In this document: positions 42,042 through 51,774 of the stretch, in pieces
Position numbering within the stretch: position 1 is the first letter of the stretch
Layout of the letters: each line of letters opens with the position of its first letter
Assembly: GCA_017467515.1 (NCBI GenBank)
Contig: JAFUSU010000027.1
Span: 51,099 to 115,098, forward strand
DNA length: 64,000 nt
Reading direction: 5' to 3'
Source of the DNA: Alphaproteobacteria bacterium
GTDB taxonomy: Bacteria; Pseudomonadota; Alphaproteobacteria; RF32; CAG-239
Position numbers and translations under genes: made by a program
The notes under the pieces: model-generated
What the model saw: the letters and a program-made list of their open reading frames with translations, nothing else
The model's database searches: none
What the model was told of the DNA's origin: nothing

Positions 42042-42142
42042 GCTCAGGGATTTTTTATTTGTATTTTTACAAACTTATTCTTTACAGAAAAATTTTCCTT
42101 TTATATACTCCCTGCAAAATTAATTATTAAAACTACTATTAT

Positions 42143-42556
42143 ATGAAAAAAATTATTATTTACTTTTTAGCGGTCCTGATGGTCTTATTCTGCATCAGTT
42201 GCACCAGCGCCCCGGTTCACCCGAAAATTATCGGTTGTGCAAAGATTCAATACGCACCGGATGATGATCTTTATTTCATTGACGTGGATAACAATTTACA
42301 CGAAGTTGTTCATATCATTGATAATAAAGCCTTATTGAGCGGAGATAAACAAATTCCACCTAGAGAGGGTGTGCTGGTAACGGCGTTCGTAACAGCAAAT
42401 GATTCTCAGATTCAGTTTATAAAGGGAAACCTGAATAAAAAAGACATTGAGGCCGCTTTCAGTAAAGACTATACCTTATTCTGGTTATTGGTTTTAGGGT
42501 TGTCTTGGCTGTTCTACCTAAATCGCAAAAAAGAAAAACTTTCTCATTACGATTAA
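42143..42556 (+). CDS. Lipoprotein with C-terminal TM anchor, hypothetical (137 aa)
   Basis: Lipobox FCISC after signal peptide. C-terminal LFWLLVLGLSWLFYL. Followed at 42558-42597 by a second copy of the same terminator seen after 41805..42041. Confidence 0.55.
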   Translation: MKKIIIYFLAVLMVLFCISCTSAPVHPKIIGCAKIQYAPDDDLYFIDVDNNLHEVVHIIDNKALLSGDKQIPPREGVLVTAFVTANDSQIQFIKGNLNKKDIEAAFSKDYTLFWLLVLGLSWLFYLNRKKEKLSHYD

Positions 42557-42715
42557 TAAAAATCCCCGAGTTGCCTAAACTCAGGGATTTTTTTATAAGT
42601 ATCCGAATATTCATCCCCTTTGTAAAGGGGAGGCTAGGCAGGGTAGAATAACCCACCCTAACCCTCCCTCACATAGGGAGGGAATAATAAGCATTTTTTA
42701 TCGATTAACTCTGCA

Positions 42716-43249
42716 CTAATCGTGCGAAGACTGAGTTTTCTGCAACTTCTTTATAATCATCTGCCTTTTCAACCGACTAATCCGATCAATATATAAAACC
42801 CCGTCCAAATGATCTAACTCGTGTTGCAAACAAACCGACAACAACCCGTCGCCCAAAATTTCCTGCTCTTTACCATTGTAGTCGGTATAATGAACTTTCA
42901 CTTGCGCATAACGTTCTACTTCGGCACGTTGTCCGGGAACGGATAAACATCCTTCTTCACCGCAAACTTTCTCATCAGAATGCCAAATAATTGAAGGATT
43001 AACTAAAAACAGGGGCGTTCCTTTCCGAAGTTCTCCGGTTTCCTCATCATCTTCCTGATGAACATCTATCACAACAATTCGTTTGGAAATACCGACTTGA
43101 GGAGCGGCTAAACCGACACCGGCATCGGCATACATTGTTTCCAACATATTATCAAGCAGTTGACGTATTTCATCGTCAACTTTATCGACTTTTTGAGCCT
43201 TTTTTTTCAACACCGGCTCAGGATAGGTATAGAGTTTTAATACTGTCAT
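42716..43249 (-). CDS. def: Peptide deformylase
   Basis: GVGLAAPQVG, EGCLSVPG, HELDHLDG motifs. Confidence 0.9.
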   Translation of the reverse strand: MTVLKLYTYPEPVLKKKAQKVDKVDDEIRQLLDNMLETMYADAGVGLAAPQVGISKRIVVIDVHQEDDEETGELRKGTPLFLVNPSIIWHSDEKVCGEEGCLSVPGQRAEVERYAQVKVHYTDYNGKEQEILGDGLLSVCLQHELDHLDGVLYIDRISRLKRQMIIKKLQKTQSSHD

Positions 43250-43316
43250 TTCTTTTCACAAACCTTATCTAAACTTGAAGCGTTCGATTATGAAAGCAAA
43301 TAATAAGAATTTAGGA

Positions 43317-43360
43317 TTTTTGTGAAGGCGCGTACATAAAAAGTACGTAACTGAACAAAA
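43317..43360. repeat. GTAC-box hairpin element (def-nusB intergenic)
   Basis: TTTTGT...ACAAAA around GCGCGTACATAAAAAGTACGTAAC. Confidence 0.55.
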
Positions 43361-43377
43361 TATCCGCTAATTCTGCA

Positions 43378-43872
43378 TTAGTTGCTTTCAGAGCGGACGC
43401 TCTTGGATATTTGGTCAAGCAGAGCATTAATAACCTTCGGCTCATACTTTGTATAGAAAGCATACGCCAAATCGACATATTCTTTAATAATAACTTTAGC
43501 GTCAATATCCAAGGTATGCGCAAGTTCATAAACAGCACACAGCAATAAAGCCTGCATTGTACCGTCCATACGTTCAAAAGACCAACCCTCATTCAAATAA
43601 GAGGCTAACGATTTTTCAATTTGTTCTTTATTGGTATGAACACCTTTAACCAAAGAGGTAAAATACACTGTATCCATTTGCTCAACCGGAACCATTTCTT
43701 CGTGTTCCAAAGAATCTTCTTCTATAACATAACGACCGACATCACCCTTAACAAAATCTTGAATAACCTCCTCGACCGGAAGTTGCCCGTAAGCAATCAT
43801 ATAAGTTGCCTGAACCGCTGCTAAACGAGCACTGGTTCTCATTCTTATTTTTTCGGATACAAATTTAACCAT
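43378..43872 (-). CDS. nusB: Transcription antitermination factor NusB
   Basis: 164 aa; RSARLAAVQATY-type N-terminus characteristic of NusB. Confidence 0.85.
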   Translation of the reverse strand: MVKFVSEKIRMRTSARLAAVQATYMIAYGQLPVEEVIQDFVKGDVGRYVIEEDSLEHEEMVPVEQMDTVYFTSLVKGVHTNKEQIEKSLASYLNEGWSFERMDGTMQALLLCAVYELAHTLDIDAKVIIKEYVDLAYAFYTKYEPKVINALLDQISKSVRSESN

Positions 43873-43881
43873 TTTAACCTC

Positions 43882-44352
43882 TTATACTGTTTCCGGCTTG
43901 GCCAGTTTATCAATTGTTTCTACAAAATCTTCAAAATCTTTTATTTCACGAAAATCTTTATAAACAGAGGCGAAACGAATATACGCAACGTGATCAATTT
44001 TTGACAAAGCATCCATAACGTATTCTCCGATAACGCGTGAAGGAATTTCCGACTCTCCGGAGCTTTCCAATTGCCGCTGAATTGAATTAACAATTTTTTG
44101 AACTCTGTCAGCATCTACGGGACGTTTGCGCACAGATAAAGATATGGATTTCTCAAGTTTATCTCTATCAAACGGAACTCTCTCGCCATTTTTTTTAACC
44201 ACAACCAATTCTCTGAGTTGGATTCTTTCAAAAGTTGTAAAGCGGGAACCGCACTCCGGACACTCTCGGCGTCGACGAATGGCTGTATTATCATCAGCAT
44301 TTCGAGAATCTTTTACTTGCGTGTCATCACATCCGCAAAAAGGACATTTCAT
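43882..44352 (-). CDS. nrdR: Transcriptional repressor NrdR
   Basis: [17 protein letters not shown] zinc ribbon plus ATP-cone. Confidence 0.9.
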   Translation of the reverse strand: MKCPFCGCDDTQVKDSRNADDNTAIRRRRECPECGSRFTTFERIQLRELVVVKKNGERVPFDRDKLEKSISLSVRKRPVDADRVQKIVNSIQRQLESSGESEIPSRVIGEYVMDALSKIDHVAYIRFASVYKDFREIKDFEDFVETIDKLAKPETV

Positions 44353-45746
44353 TTTTCACTTCCCTGTTTAAGTAATTCATCAGCAACCTGATAAAGTTTT
44401 GAAGAATATCTAGCCCCCTTTATAAGGATAATATCCTTATTTTGCAACAATTTATTTAATAAAAATTCTGATAAACCTTCTTTATTTTCAAAATAATAAG
44501 TTTGGCGTCCGTCAGAAATTTGTGCCAACATATCTTTCATTTCCGGACAAACGCCGATAACAATATCTATATTCGTATGAGCAACAACCTGCCCGACCTC
44601 AATATGCTGTTGTAACGAGGTATCTCCCAATTCGGCCATTTTACCGAGAACGGCAATTTTACGCCCTTCACAAGGCATTTTATCTAAAGCTTTAATGGCC
44701 AATTTCATTGCCTCCGGCTGACCGGAATAGCTGTCATCAACCAGCGTATATTGTCCTTTTGCAAACTTCAATTGAGAAATTTTACCACGTCCGGCCAATG
44801 CACCGAAATGTTCAATTTCTGCAGCAGCTTTAGCAACATCTAAACCTAAAACGGCTACAACATTCAAAGCACACAAAGCATTATACAGATAATGCTCGGC
44901 ATTAACACTTAATCGGAATTTAACAACCGTTCCTTGAATATCTGCCGTATATTCTCCGTTTTCTTCTTTGAAAACTTCAGATTTACCAAACGTATAAATT
45001 TTAGCCGCATTTCCTTGAGCTCTGAGTTTCAGAATATTGGCAAAATTGGTGTCTTCATTAATCAGTGCCGGTGAATGAGGCTTAATGGATTTAAATATTT
45101 CCGCTTTTGCCTCAGCAATTCCTTCAAAATTTTCAAAAAATTCTATATGCATCGGGTAGACATTTGTAACTAAGGCTATATCAGGTTGAACATAGGAAGC
45201 TAATTTTTCAATTTCTCCTTTGCCGCTCATTCCCATCTCAATTACGGCATAATCAGCCTCCATATCTAAATCGCACAAACAACGAGGAACACCTATATGG
45301 TTATTAAAATTACCCGTTGTTGCATAGGTTTTACCAAATAAAGACAATAAAAATTTAATTTCTTCTTTTGTTGTTGTTTTTCCGGCACTACCTGTTAAAC
45401 CGATAATTTTTCCTTTAAATAAAGAGCGATTATAAGCGCCTATTTTGCCAAATGCCTCAATAGAAGAATCAACAACAATTTGCCGATTCTTCGGAACGCC
45501 GGCAACAAAATGCTCTACGACAGCCAATTCAACACCCTGATCTATCACTTGTTTGACAAAGTCGTGGGCATCAAATTTTTCACCTTTAATGGCTATAAAC
45601 AAATCTCCCTTTTGGGCGATTCGGCTGTCTGTTACAATATTTTTAATTTCCGCATCAACCAAAGGATGTTGATAATTAAGCACTTCAGCTAATTTTTGAG
45701 ATGATATTTTTTCCATTTTTGAATATTCCTCCTCGAATACACACAA
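44349..45746 (-). CDS. murF: UDP-N-acetylmuramoyl-tripeptide--D-alanyl-D-alanine ligase
   Basis: Mur ligase P-loop [19 protein letters not shown] block; 465 aa. Overlaps the nrdR start by 4 bp. Confidence 0.7.
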   Translation of the reverse strand: MCVFEEEYSKMEKISSQKLAEVLNYQHPLVDAEIKNIVTDSRIAQKGDLFIAIKGEKFDAHDFVKQVIDQGVELAVVEHFVAGVPKNRQIVVDSSIEAFGKIGAYNRSLFKGKIIGLTGSAGKTTTKEEIKFLLSLFGKTYATTGNFNNHIGVPRCLCDLDMEADYAVIEMGMSGKGEIEKLASYVQPDIALVTNVYPMHIEFFENFEGIAEAKAEIFKSIKPHSPALINEDTNFANILKLRAQGNAAKIYTFGKSEVFKEENGEYTADIQGTVVKFRLSVNAEHYLYNALCALNVVAVLGLDVAKAAAEIEHFGALAGRGKISQLKFAKGQYTLVDDSYSGQPEAMKLAIKALDKMPCEGRKIAVLGKMAELGDTSLQQHIEVGQVVAHTNIDIVIGVCPEMKDMLAQISDGRQTYYFENKEGLSEFLLNKLLQNKDIILIKGARYSSKLYQVADELLKQGSEK

Positions 45747-45807
45747 AATAAAGCAAAGTTATTAAAATTTGATTGAGTCTTACAATGTTTATGAGTATTA
45801 TTTTCTT

Positions 45808-45966
45808 GAGTTTTGAGCATCGCATAAAATGCATAGATGCCGCATACCTTGCTTTAAATTTTTTTTAGGCAGGCAGATATGCGGTTTACAGAAGCGCAAA
45901 AACTTGAGCGTACATAAAGAGTACGTGAGTTTTGAGCAGCGCATAAAATGCATAGATGCCGCATAA
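45808..45966. repeat. Partial tandem duplication (120-bp offset) upstream of dnaE containing GAGTTTTGAGCA(T/G)CGCATAAAATGCATAGATGCCGCATA twice and a GTAC-box hairpin (45896-45935)
   Basis: Two near-identical copies of a 39-mer at 45808 and 45928, with CAAAAACTTGAGCGTACATAAAGAGTACGTGAGTTTTG between them. Confidence 0.7.
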
Positions 45967-45979
45967 AAAGGATTTAAAT

Positions 45980-48900
45980 ATGGCAGAACCTCGTTTTGTT
46001 CATTTACGCGTACATACAGCCTATTCGCTTTCCGAAGGAGCCATTCAGGTTCCTGCTTTGATGCATAAATGCAAAGATAACGGCATTGCAGCCATTGCCA
46101 TTACGGATACGGCGAATATGTTTGGCGGTAAGGCCTTTTCAAAATATGCCAATGAAGAAGGAATAAAACCGATTCTCGGATGCCAATTTAATCTGCGTAA
46201 CCCTGATGCCGATAATCCGCTCAAATCAAAAGGAAAAGTCATTGAACCGGATAAAATCATCTTATTGGTAATGAATGCCGAGGGCTATGCCAATATTATG
46301 AAATTGATGAAAATGGCCTATCTTGATGGCCCGAATATGGAAAAGCCGCAAATAAAAATAGATGATTTTCAAAATCATAATGAGGGATTAATTCTTTTAA
46401 CCGGAGGGGTAGAAGGTCCGATCGGAAGATTATTGCTGACCGGACAAAAAGATGAAGCTGAAACCGCATTACTTAAATTAAAAGAATATTTCGGCAATCG
46501 CTTGTATATGGAAATTTCCCGTATAGGTCTGGAAACAGAGAAAAAAACGGAAGAAACTTTTATTGATTTGGCTTATAAACACAATATTCCGTTGGTTGCA
46601 ACCAATGAAGCCTTTTTCTTTGATACGGATATGTACGAAGCACACGATATTTTGATGTGTATTGCGGCAGGAGAGTATGCAGCTAACGAGAACCGACCTA
46701 AAAAATCTCCCAACAATCGCCTTAAAACTGAAGAAGAAATGATTGAGTTGTTTAAGGACTTGCCGGAAGCCGTTCAAAACACCGTACAAATAGCTAAACG
46801 TTGTAATTATCTTTCTAAAAAAGTCCAACCGCTACTCCCTATTTTTGAATGTCCTGATGGAAAAACCCAAGATCAATACATTACGGAAGAAGCTTACAAA
46901 GGTCTTGAAGAAAGAATGAAAGCTCATGTCTATTTCGATGGAATGACAGAGGAACAAAAAGCCGAAATTGATAAAAGATATTATGATCGTTTGGAGTACG
47001 AATTAAGCGTTATCAAAAAAATGGGATTCCCCGGATATTTTCTCATCGTGTCTGACTTTATCAGGTGGTCAAAAAACAATGGTGTCCCTGTCGGTCCCGG
47101 ACGAGGCTCCGGCGCCGGTTCCATTGTTGCATGGTCTCTTAAAATTACAGACTTAGATCCCCTTAAGCTTGATTTACTGTTTGAGCGTTTCTTAAATCCG
47201 GAACGTGTTAATATGCCGGATTTCGACGTCGACTTTTGTCAGGAAAATCGTTTTAAAACGATCGATTATGTGCAGAGAAAATACGGCTTTGACCACGTTG
47301 CACAAATCATTACCTATGGTAAACTCCAAGCCAAAAACGTTATTCGTGACGTTGCGCGTGTTTTACAAATGCCTTATTCTCAAGCGGATAAACTCAGTAA
47401 GATGATTCCTCCGCCGGTACAAGGCAAAAACGTTACTTTAAAGGAATCTCTGGAGCAAGTTCCCGAATTGGAAGAAATGCGCCAAAATGATCCACAAATT
47501 AACAAACTTTTTGATATCGGTATGAAACTGGAAGGACTATATCGTCAATCCGGCGTTCACGCCGCCGGTGTCGTCATCGGAGATCGTCCGCTTGATCAGC
47601 TTGTTCCTTTATACAAAGACCCTAAAGCAGATATGCCGGTTACACAGTATGATATGAAATATGTTGAAGAAACAGGCTTAATTAAATTTGACTTTTTAGG
47701 ATTAAAAACTTTAACCGTCATTCAACGTGCCGTTGATTGGATAAAAAAAACAAAAAACATCGAATTAGATATAGATTCTATTCCTCTGGACGATAAAGCG
47801 ACTTATGAGTTGCTGCAAAGAGGGGACACCGCCGCCGTTTTCCAATTTGAATCAGCCGGTATGAAAGATGTTCATAAGCAAATCAAACCGGACCGATTTG
47901 AAGATTTAATCGCTATTGTTTCCCTTTACCGCCCCGGACCGATGGATAATATTCCAAGTTATATTCGCCGCAAACACGGTGAAGAAGAAATTACTTACCT
48001 TCACCCGGCTCTGGCTCCGATTATCGGCGAAACTTACGGTATTATGATTTACCAAGAGCAAGTTATGAAAATTGCGCAAGTTCTCGGGGGTTATACTCTG
48101 GGGGGAGCAGATAAGCTGCGTAAAGTTATGGGTAAAAAAATGCGTGATGAAATTCCGAAGCAACGCAAAATGTTTACCGAAGGAGCGGTTAAAAACGGTA
48201 TTGAAGAAGCGACGGCTACCGCTATTTTTGACCAAATGGAAAAATTTGCATCTTATGGCTTTAATAAATCGCACGCCGCAGCATATTCTCTGATTTCGTA
48301 CCGAACCGCTTATTTAAAAGCACACTATCCTGTTGAATTTATGTGCGCCATTATGTCGCTTGATATCACCAATACAGATAAGTTGTTGTTTTTCAAAGAA
48401 GAATGTAAACATTTGGGATTTGAAGTTCTTAAACCGGATATTAATAAATCAGGCGCTGATTTTGCTGTAGAAGGAGGGAATATCCGCTATGCCCTCGGCG
48501 CTATCAAAGGCGTCGGCGCCGCTAATATGCAAAGCATTGTCGAAGAAAGAGAAAAAAACGGTCCTTATAAAACTGTTTCGGATTTTATCCATCGAACCGA
48601 CAGCAAGCAAATCAATCGCAAACAAATGGAACAATTAATTAAAGCAGGTGCTTTTGATTGTTTAGAACTTAACCGCGGTAAACTCTTTGCAAACCTCGAT
48701 CCGATTATGCAACACATTGCCAGTGATACAGCTATGAAAAACAGTTCTCAGACATCTTTGTTTGGTGACGAGGAATTGCAAGCAGAAATCCGCTTAGCCG
48801 ATAAACCTGATTGGCCGGAGCTTGAAAAATTACGCTTGGAAGCTGAAGCTATCGGTTTTTATTTATCGGCACATCCTTTAGACAGCTACCGTAAAGGAAT

Positions 48901-49450
48901 AGAAAAGCTCGGTGCCAAAAATGCTATCGACGTTTTTGCTAATATTAAGGCAGGCGACAGTATTCAGGTAAAATTAGCCGGTTGCGTTAACAATGTTCAA
49001 AAACGTATCAGTAAAAACGGCAATAAATATGCTTTTGTTGAATTTTCGGATACAACAAGCAAATTTGAAGGAATGCTGTTTTCCGAAGGGCTTGCCAAAT
49101 ATGAGGACACCTTAAGCGCAGGTATTCCCGTTTTAGTTTATATGACAATCGATAAACAAAATGAAGAAGGCAACCCAAGATGCTTAATTAATCGTGTTGA
49201 AACTCTGGATAAAGCAATTGCAGACAGTGCTAACGGTATTGAAATAAAAATCAATGACATCAGCGCCATCGATCCCTTAAAGCAAATATTACAAAGTGAT
49301 AGAAACGGGAAAAATAAAGTATATATCATCCCTGAAAATAAAGAATGGGATGTTCGTATCCAATTATCCGGAGGATTTGCTTTTGCAGAGGCCGACTTTT
49401 TAAGCAAAATAAGAAGCATTCCGGGGATAACAACCATAAAGGAAATATAG
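45980..49450 (+). CDS. dnaE: DNA polymerase III alpha subunit
   Basis: PHP domain N-terminus (RFVHLRVHTAYSLSEGA), polymerase core motifs (FDFLGLKTL, GFNKSHAAAY). Start at ATG 45980 (AAAGGA RBS); the track's ORF begins at 45956. Confidence 0.95.
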   Translation: MAEPRFVHLRVHTAYSLSEGAIQVPALMHKCKDNGIAAIAITDTANMFGGKAFSKYANEEGIKPILGCQFNLRNPDADNPLKSKGKVIEPDKIILLVMNAEGYANIMKLMKMAYLDGPNMEKPQIKIDDFQNHNEGLILLTGGVEGPIGRLLLTGQKDEAETALLKLKEYFGNRLYMEISRIGLETEKKTEETFIDLAYKHNIPLVATNEAFFFDTDMYEAHDILMCIAAGEYAANENRPKKSPNNRLKTEEEMIELFKDLPEAVQNTVQIAKRCNYLSKKVQPLLPIFECPDGKTQDQYITEEAYKGLEERMKAHVYFDGMTEEQKAEIDKRYYDRLEYELSVIKKMGFPGYFLIVSDFIRWSKNNGVPVGPGRGSGAGSIVAWSLKITDLDPLKLDLLFERFLNPERVNMPDFDVDFCQENRFKTIDYVQRKYGFDHVAQIITYGKLQAKNVIRDVARVLQMPYSQADKLSKMIPPPVQGKNVTLKESLEQVPELEEMRQNDPQINKLFDIGMKLEGLYRQSGVHAAGVVIGDRPLDQLVPLYKDPKADMPVTQYDMKYVEETGLIKFDFLGLKTLTVIQRAVDWIKKTKNIELDIDSIPLDDKATYELLQRGDTAAVFQFESAGMKDVHKQIKPDRFEDLIAIVSLYRPGPMDNIPSYIRRKHGEEEITYLHPALAPIIGETYGIMIYQEQVMKIAQVLGGYTLGGADKLRKVMGKKMRDEIPKQRKMFTEGAVKNGIEEATATAIFDQMEKFASYGFNKSHAAAYSLISYRTAYLKAHYPVEFMCAIMSLDITNTDKLLFFKEECKHLGFEVLKPDINKSGADFAVEGGNIRYALGAIKGVGAANMQSIVEEREKNGPYKTVSDFIHRTDSKQINRKQMEQLIKAGAFDCLELNRGKLFANLDPIMQHIASDTAMKNSSQTSLFGDEELQAEIRLADKPDWPELEKLRLEAEAIGFYLSAHPLDSYRKGIEKLGAKNAIDVFANIKAGDSIQVKLAGCVNNVQKRISKNGNKYAFVEFSDTTSKFEGMLFSEGLAKYEDTLSAGIPVLVYMTIDKQNEEGNPRCLINRVETLDKAIADSANGIEIKINDISAIDPLKQILQSDRNGKNKVYIIPENKEWDVRIQLSGGFAFAEADFLSKIRSIPGITTIKEI

Positions 49451-49452
49451 CC

Positions 49453-50325
49453 ATGACGAACACTTCAAAAAAACAGTTGGAACAAAATATAAAAAAACCT
49501 TTTTTTAGTCTGGCGCCTAATGCCACAGTTAAAGTATCAATCGGAAAGTTAGCTTTTCAGCCTATTAAATTATTGTTTAAAAATTTTTCTTCTTTAATTT
49601 TATTAGGTGTTCCTTTCGCCATTTTATTAACTTTGTGCTCAATGCTTGCGGGAAGATCCTCTCTTTGTAACATTGATTCCGGCATTATTTCAACAGATTT
49701 TCATTGCAGTGACAGCGTTGAATCATATTATTTAGATGTTTTTATTCGCTTTCTTCTCATCTGTATTTTCATCATCAAATGGCATCAGATTGCTCTGAAC
49801 AAAGAAAAATTTAGCCTTAAAAGCATTTGTTTTTTTACAAAAAAAGACATTAAAGGATTTGGCTTTATTGCAGCGTACGCGGTCATTAATCTTCTCCCCT
49901 TGGTCGGATTACTGATTTTAATAATGCGCGTTCCTAATCCGAATTGGAAAATTGAGCTCGTATTTTTTACTTGTGTCGCATGGGTTTTCCTTTTACCGTT
50001 AATTCTCGTCCGATTTTATTCTCTTTTGGCTTTTGCTCTTGAAAACAATAAATTGCCCTCTCTGAAAGATTTATGGCAAAGAACCTCGGGGAATATGCTC
50101 AAACTTCTTTTAGGAACAGGGCTTATTGTCTTTATTGCTTTAATCCTTTTTATGCAATATTATAGCTTTATTCTGAAAATAACCGATTATTCTTTATTAA
50201 CAGCCATATCGGTAGAATTTGAATATGATTTCATCGTCATTCTTTTTGCCGCTTGCTTTATGAATTACTGTCATACTCAAAAAGAATTACTTTACAAAGG
50301 AGATAATGATGTCGAAAACAATTAA
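49453..50325 (+). CDS. Polytopic membrane protein, hypothetical, paralogue A
   Basis: Start ATG 49453, 3 bp after the dnaE stop; ~8 TM; weak similarity to the following gene. Confidence 0.5.
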   Translation: MTNTSKKQLEQNIKKPFFSLAPNATVKVSIGKLAFQPIKLLFKNFSSLILLGVPFAILLTLCSMLAGRSSLCNIDSGIISTDFHCSDSVESYYLDVFIRFLLICIFIIKWHQIALNKEKFSLKSICFFTKKDIKGFGFIAAYAVINLLPLVGLLILIMRVPNPNWKIELVFFTCVAWVFLLPLILVRFYSLLAFALENNKLPSLKDLWQRTSGNMLKLLLGTGLIVFIALILFMQYYSFILKITDYSLLTAISVEFEYDFIVILFAACFMNYCHTQKELLYKGDNDVENN

Positions 50326-51085
50326 TTTACCTCTGGAGGAAACAGTTCGACGCAGCTTTCTTTATGCCGTAAAAAATACAAAATTATTTCTGAAAATATC
50401 TTCAATTTTTATTGTCCTTTGGGGTGCCGAAATCTTGGACGGATTACCTTTTTTATGTGCTATCGAGGAATCCTACTGTCGCGATGATTTTAGCAGTAAT
50501 ATGATTGGTATTTTGCTTTACCTTGCTTCTACCATCATTTCGGTCAGCACTATTCGTCACATCATCCTAAAAGAAGAAACACAGTGGTTCCATTTGCACT
50601 TTGGTAAAAACAATATCCGTTTTATCGGATATAATTTGCTTATTGCCGCGATGATCATTGTTCCGACAGCTTTGTTCATTATGATTGGAGAAATATCCGC
50701 AACAACAAATGCGTCTGCTCCTATGAAAGCGTTTACTCATATTCTCGGCTTGTTAACAATGATCGGATTAGGCATCTTTTGCTGCCGACTTGTTTTAATT
50801 TATGGGGGAAGTGCCATTAATGATGAGGAAATGACGTTGGGAAAATCATATAACCTGACACGAGGAAACACTCTAAAAATCTGTTTTGGACAAGTTTTAT
50901 TAAGCTTACCGATGATTATAGCAGCTTTTCTTATTTTTTCTTTCTACAAAACAATGAGTTGGGGAATAATTGGAAACAGCATTTTTGTCTTTTTAGGAAT
51001 CTTATGTTCCTTTTTTGATTCGGCAATAAAAGCTTCTTATTACTGTCACTTATATCAATATTTTTTATACAGCACAAAGCATTAA
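50306..51085 (+). CDS. Polytopic membrane protein, hypothetical, paralogue B
   Basis: Overlaps the previous gene by 20 bp; similar length and hydropathy, with scattered conserved positions. Confidence 0.5.
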   Translation: MMSKTINLPLEETVRRSFLYAVKNTKLFLKISSIFIVLWGAEILDGLPFLCAIEESYCRDDFSSNMIGILLYLASTIISVSTIRHIILKEETQWFHLHFGKNNIRFIGYNLLIAAMIIVPTALFIMIGEISATTNASAPMKAFTHILGLLTMIGLGIFCCRLVLIYGGSAINDEEMTLGKSYNLTRGNTLKICFGQVLLSLPMIIAAFLIFSFYKTMSWGIIGNSIFVFLGILCSFFDSAIKASYYCHLYQYFLYSTKH

Positions 51086-51102
51086 GTTCAAAATAATCCT
51101 TT

Positions 51103-51166
51103 ATATCCTAAAAAAAGAGAGGCGGTAAACCGTCTCTCTATAAATCGGTGGAGCTAAGGAGGATCG
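51103..51166. repeat. Direct duplicate of terminator hairpin + 3' 21 nt of tRNA-Ala (att-like scar)
   Basis: AAAAAAGAGAGGCGGTAAACCGTCTCTCTATAAATCGGTGGAGCTAAGGAGGATCG matches 51352-51407 with one mismatch. Confidence 0.7.
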
Positions 51167-51381
51167 CAGAGCAAAAACAATCCTGTGAATTGTTTTTGCC
51201 GAGATCAGTAGCAGTTGTTAGCTTGCGAGAAGCGACAGCGCACAGAGCAAGCGTTACAACTGGCTTGACCGAAGCGCAGTTATGGCGTGCTTTATAGCAC
51301 ACCATTACGAAGCAAGAGCGAACCTTGGTTCGATCCTCCTTCCTAAAAAAAAGAGAGGCGGTAAACCGTCTCTCTATAAAT

Positions 51382-51457
<76 letters not shown>

Positions 51458-51774
51458 AAATAAAAAAATAATATATCAGGTCGAGCGTCAAGCGCTTCTT
51501 GCTTGTAAGCTCACTTTGCTCACTAACTGCGCTGCGGTCACTCGTTTTCTAAATTCGCTTTGTTGCGCTACCGCTTCTCGCTCATATAAGAAAACTTCGT
51601 CTGTCGTCATAAAATGACATTTTAAGGTCATTTTATTTTCTCCAGCCCAGCTGAGCTATAACCCCTTTGACATTTTTCTTTTATTATACTCTGTCTGTAA
51701 AATCAAGTATTTTTTGTTGTTTTACCATACCTTTACTTTTTTGAGCCATAATACCTCCCAAAGAAAGGATAAAA

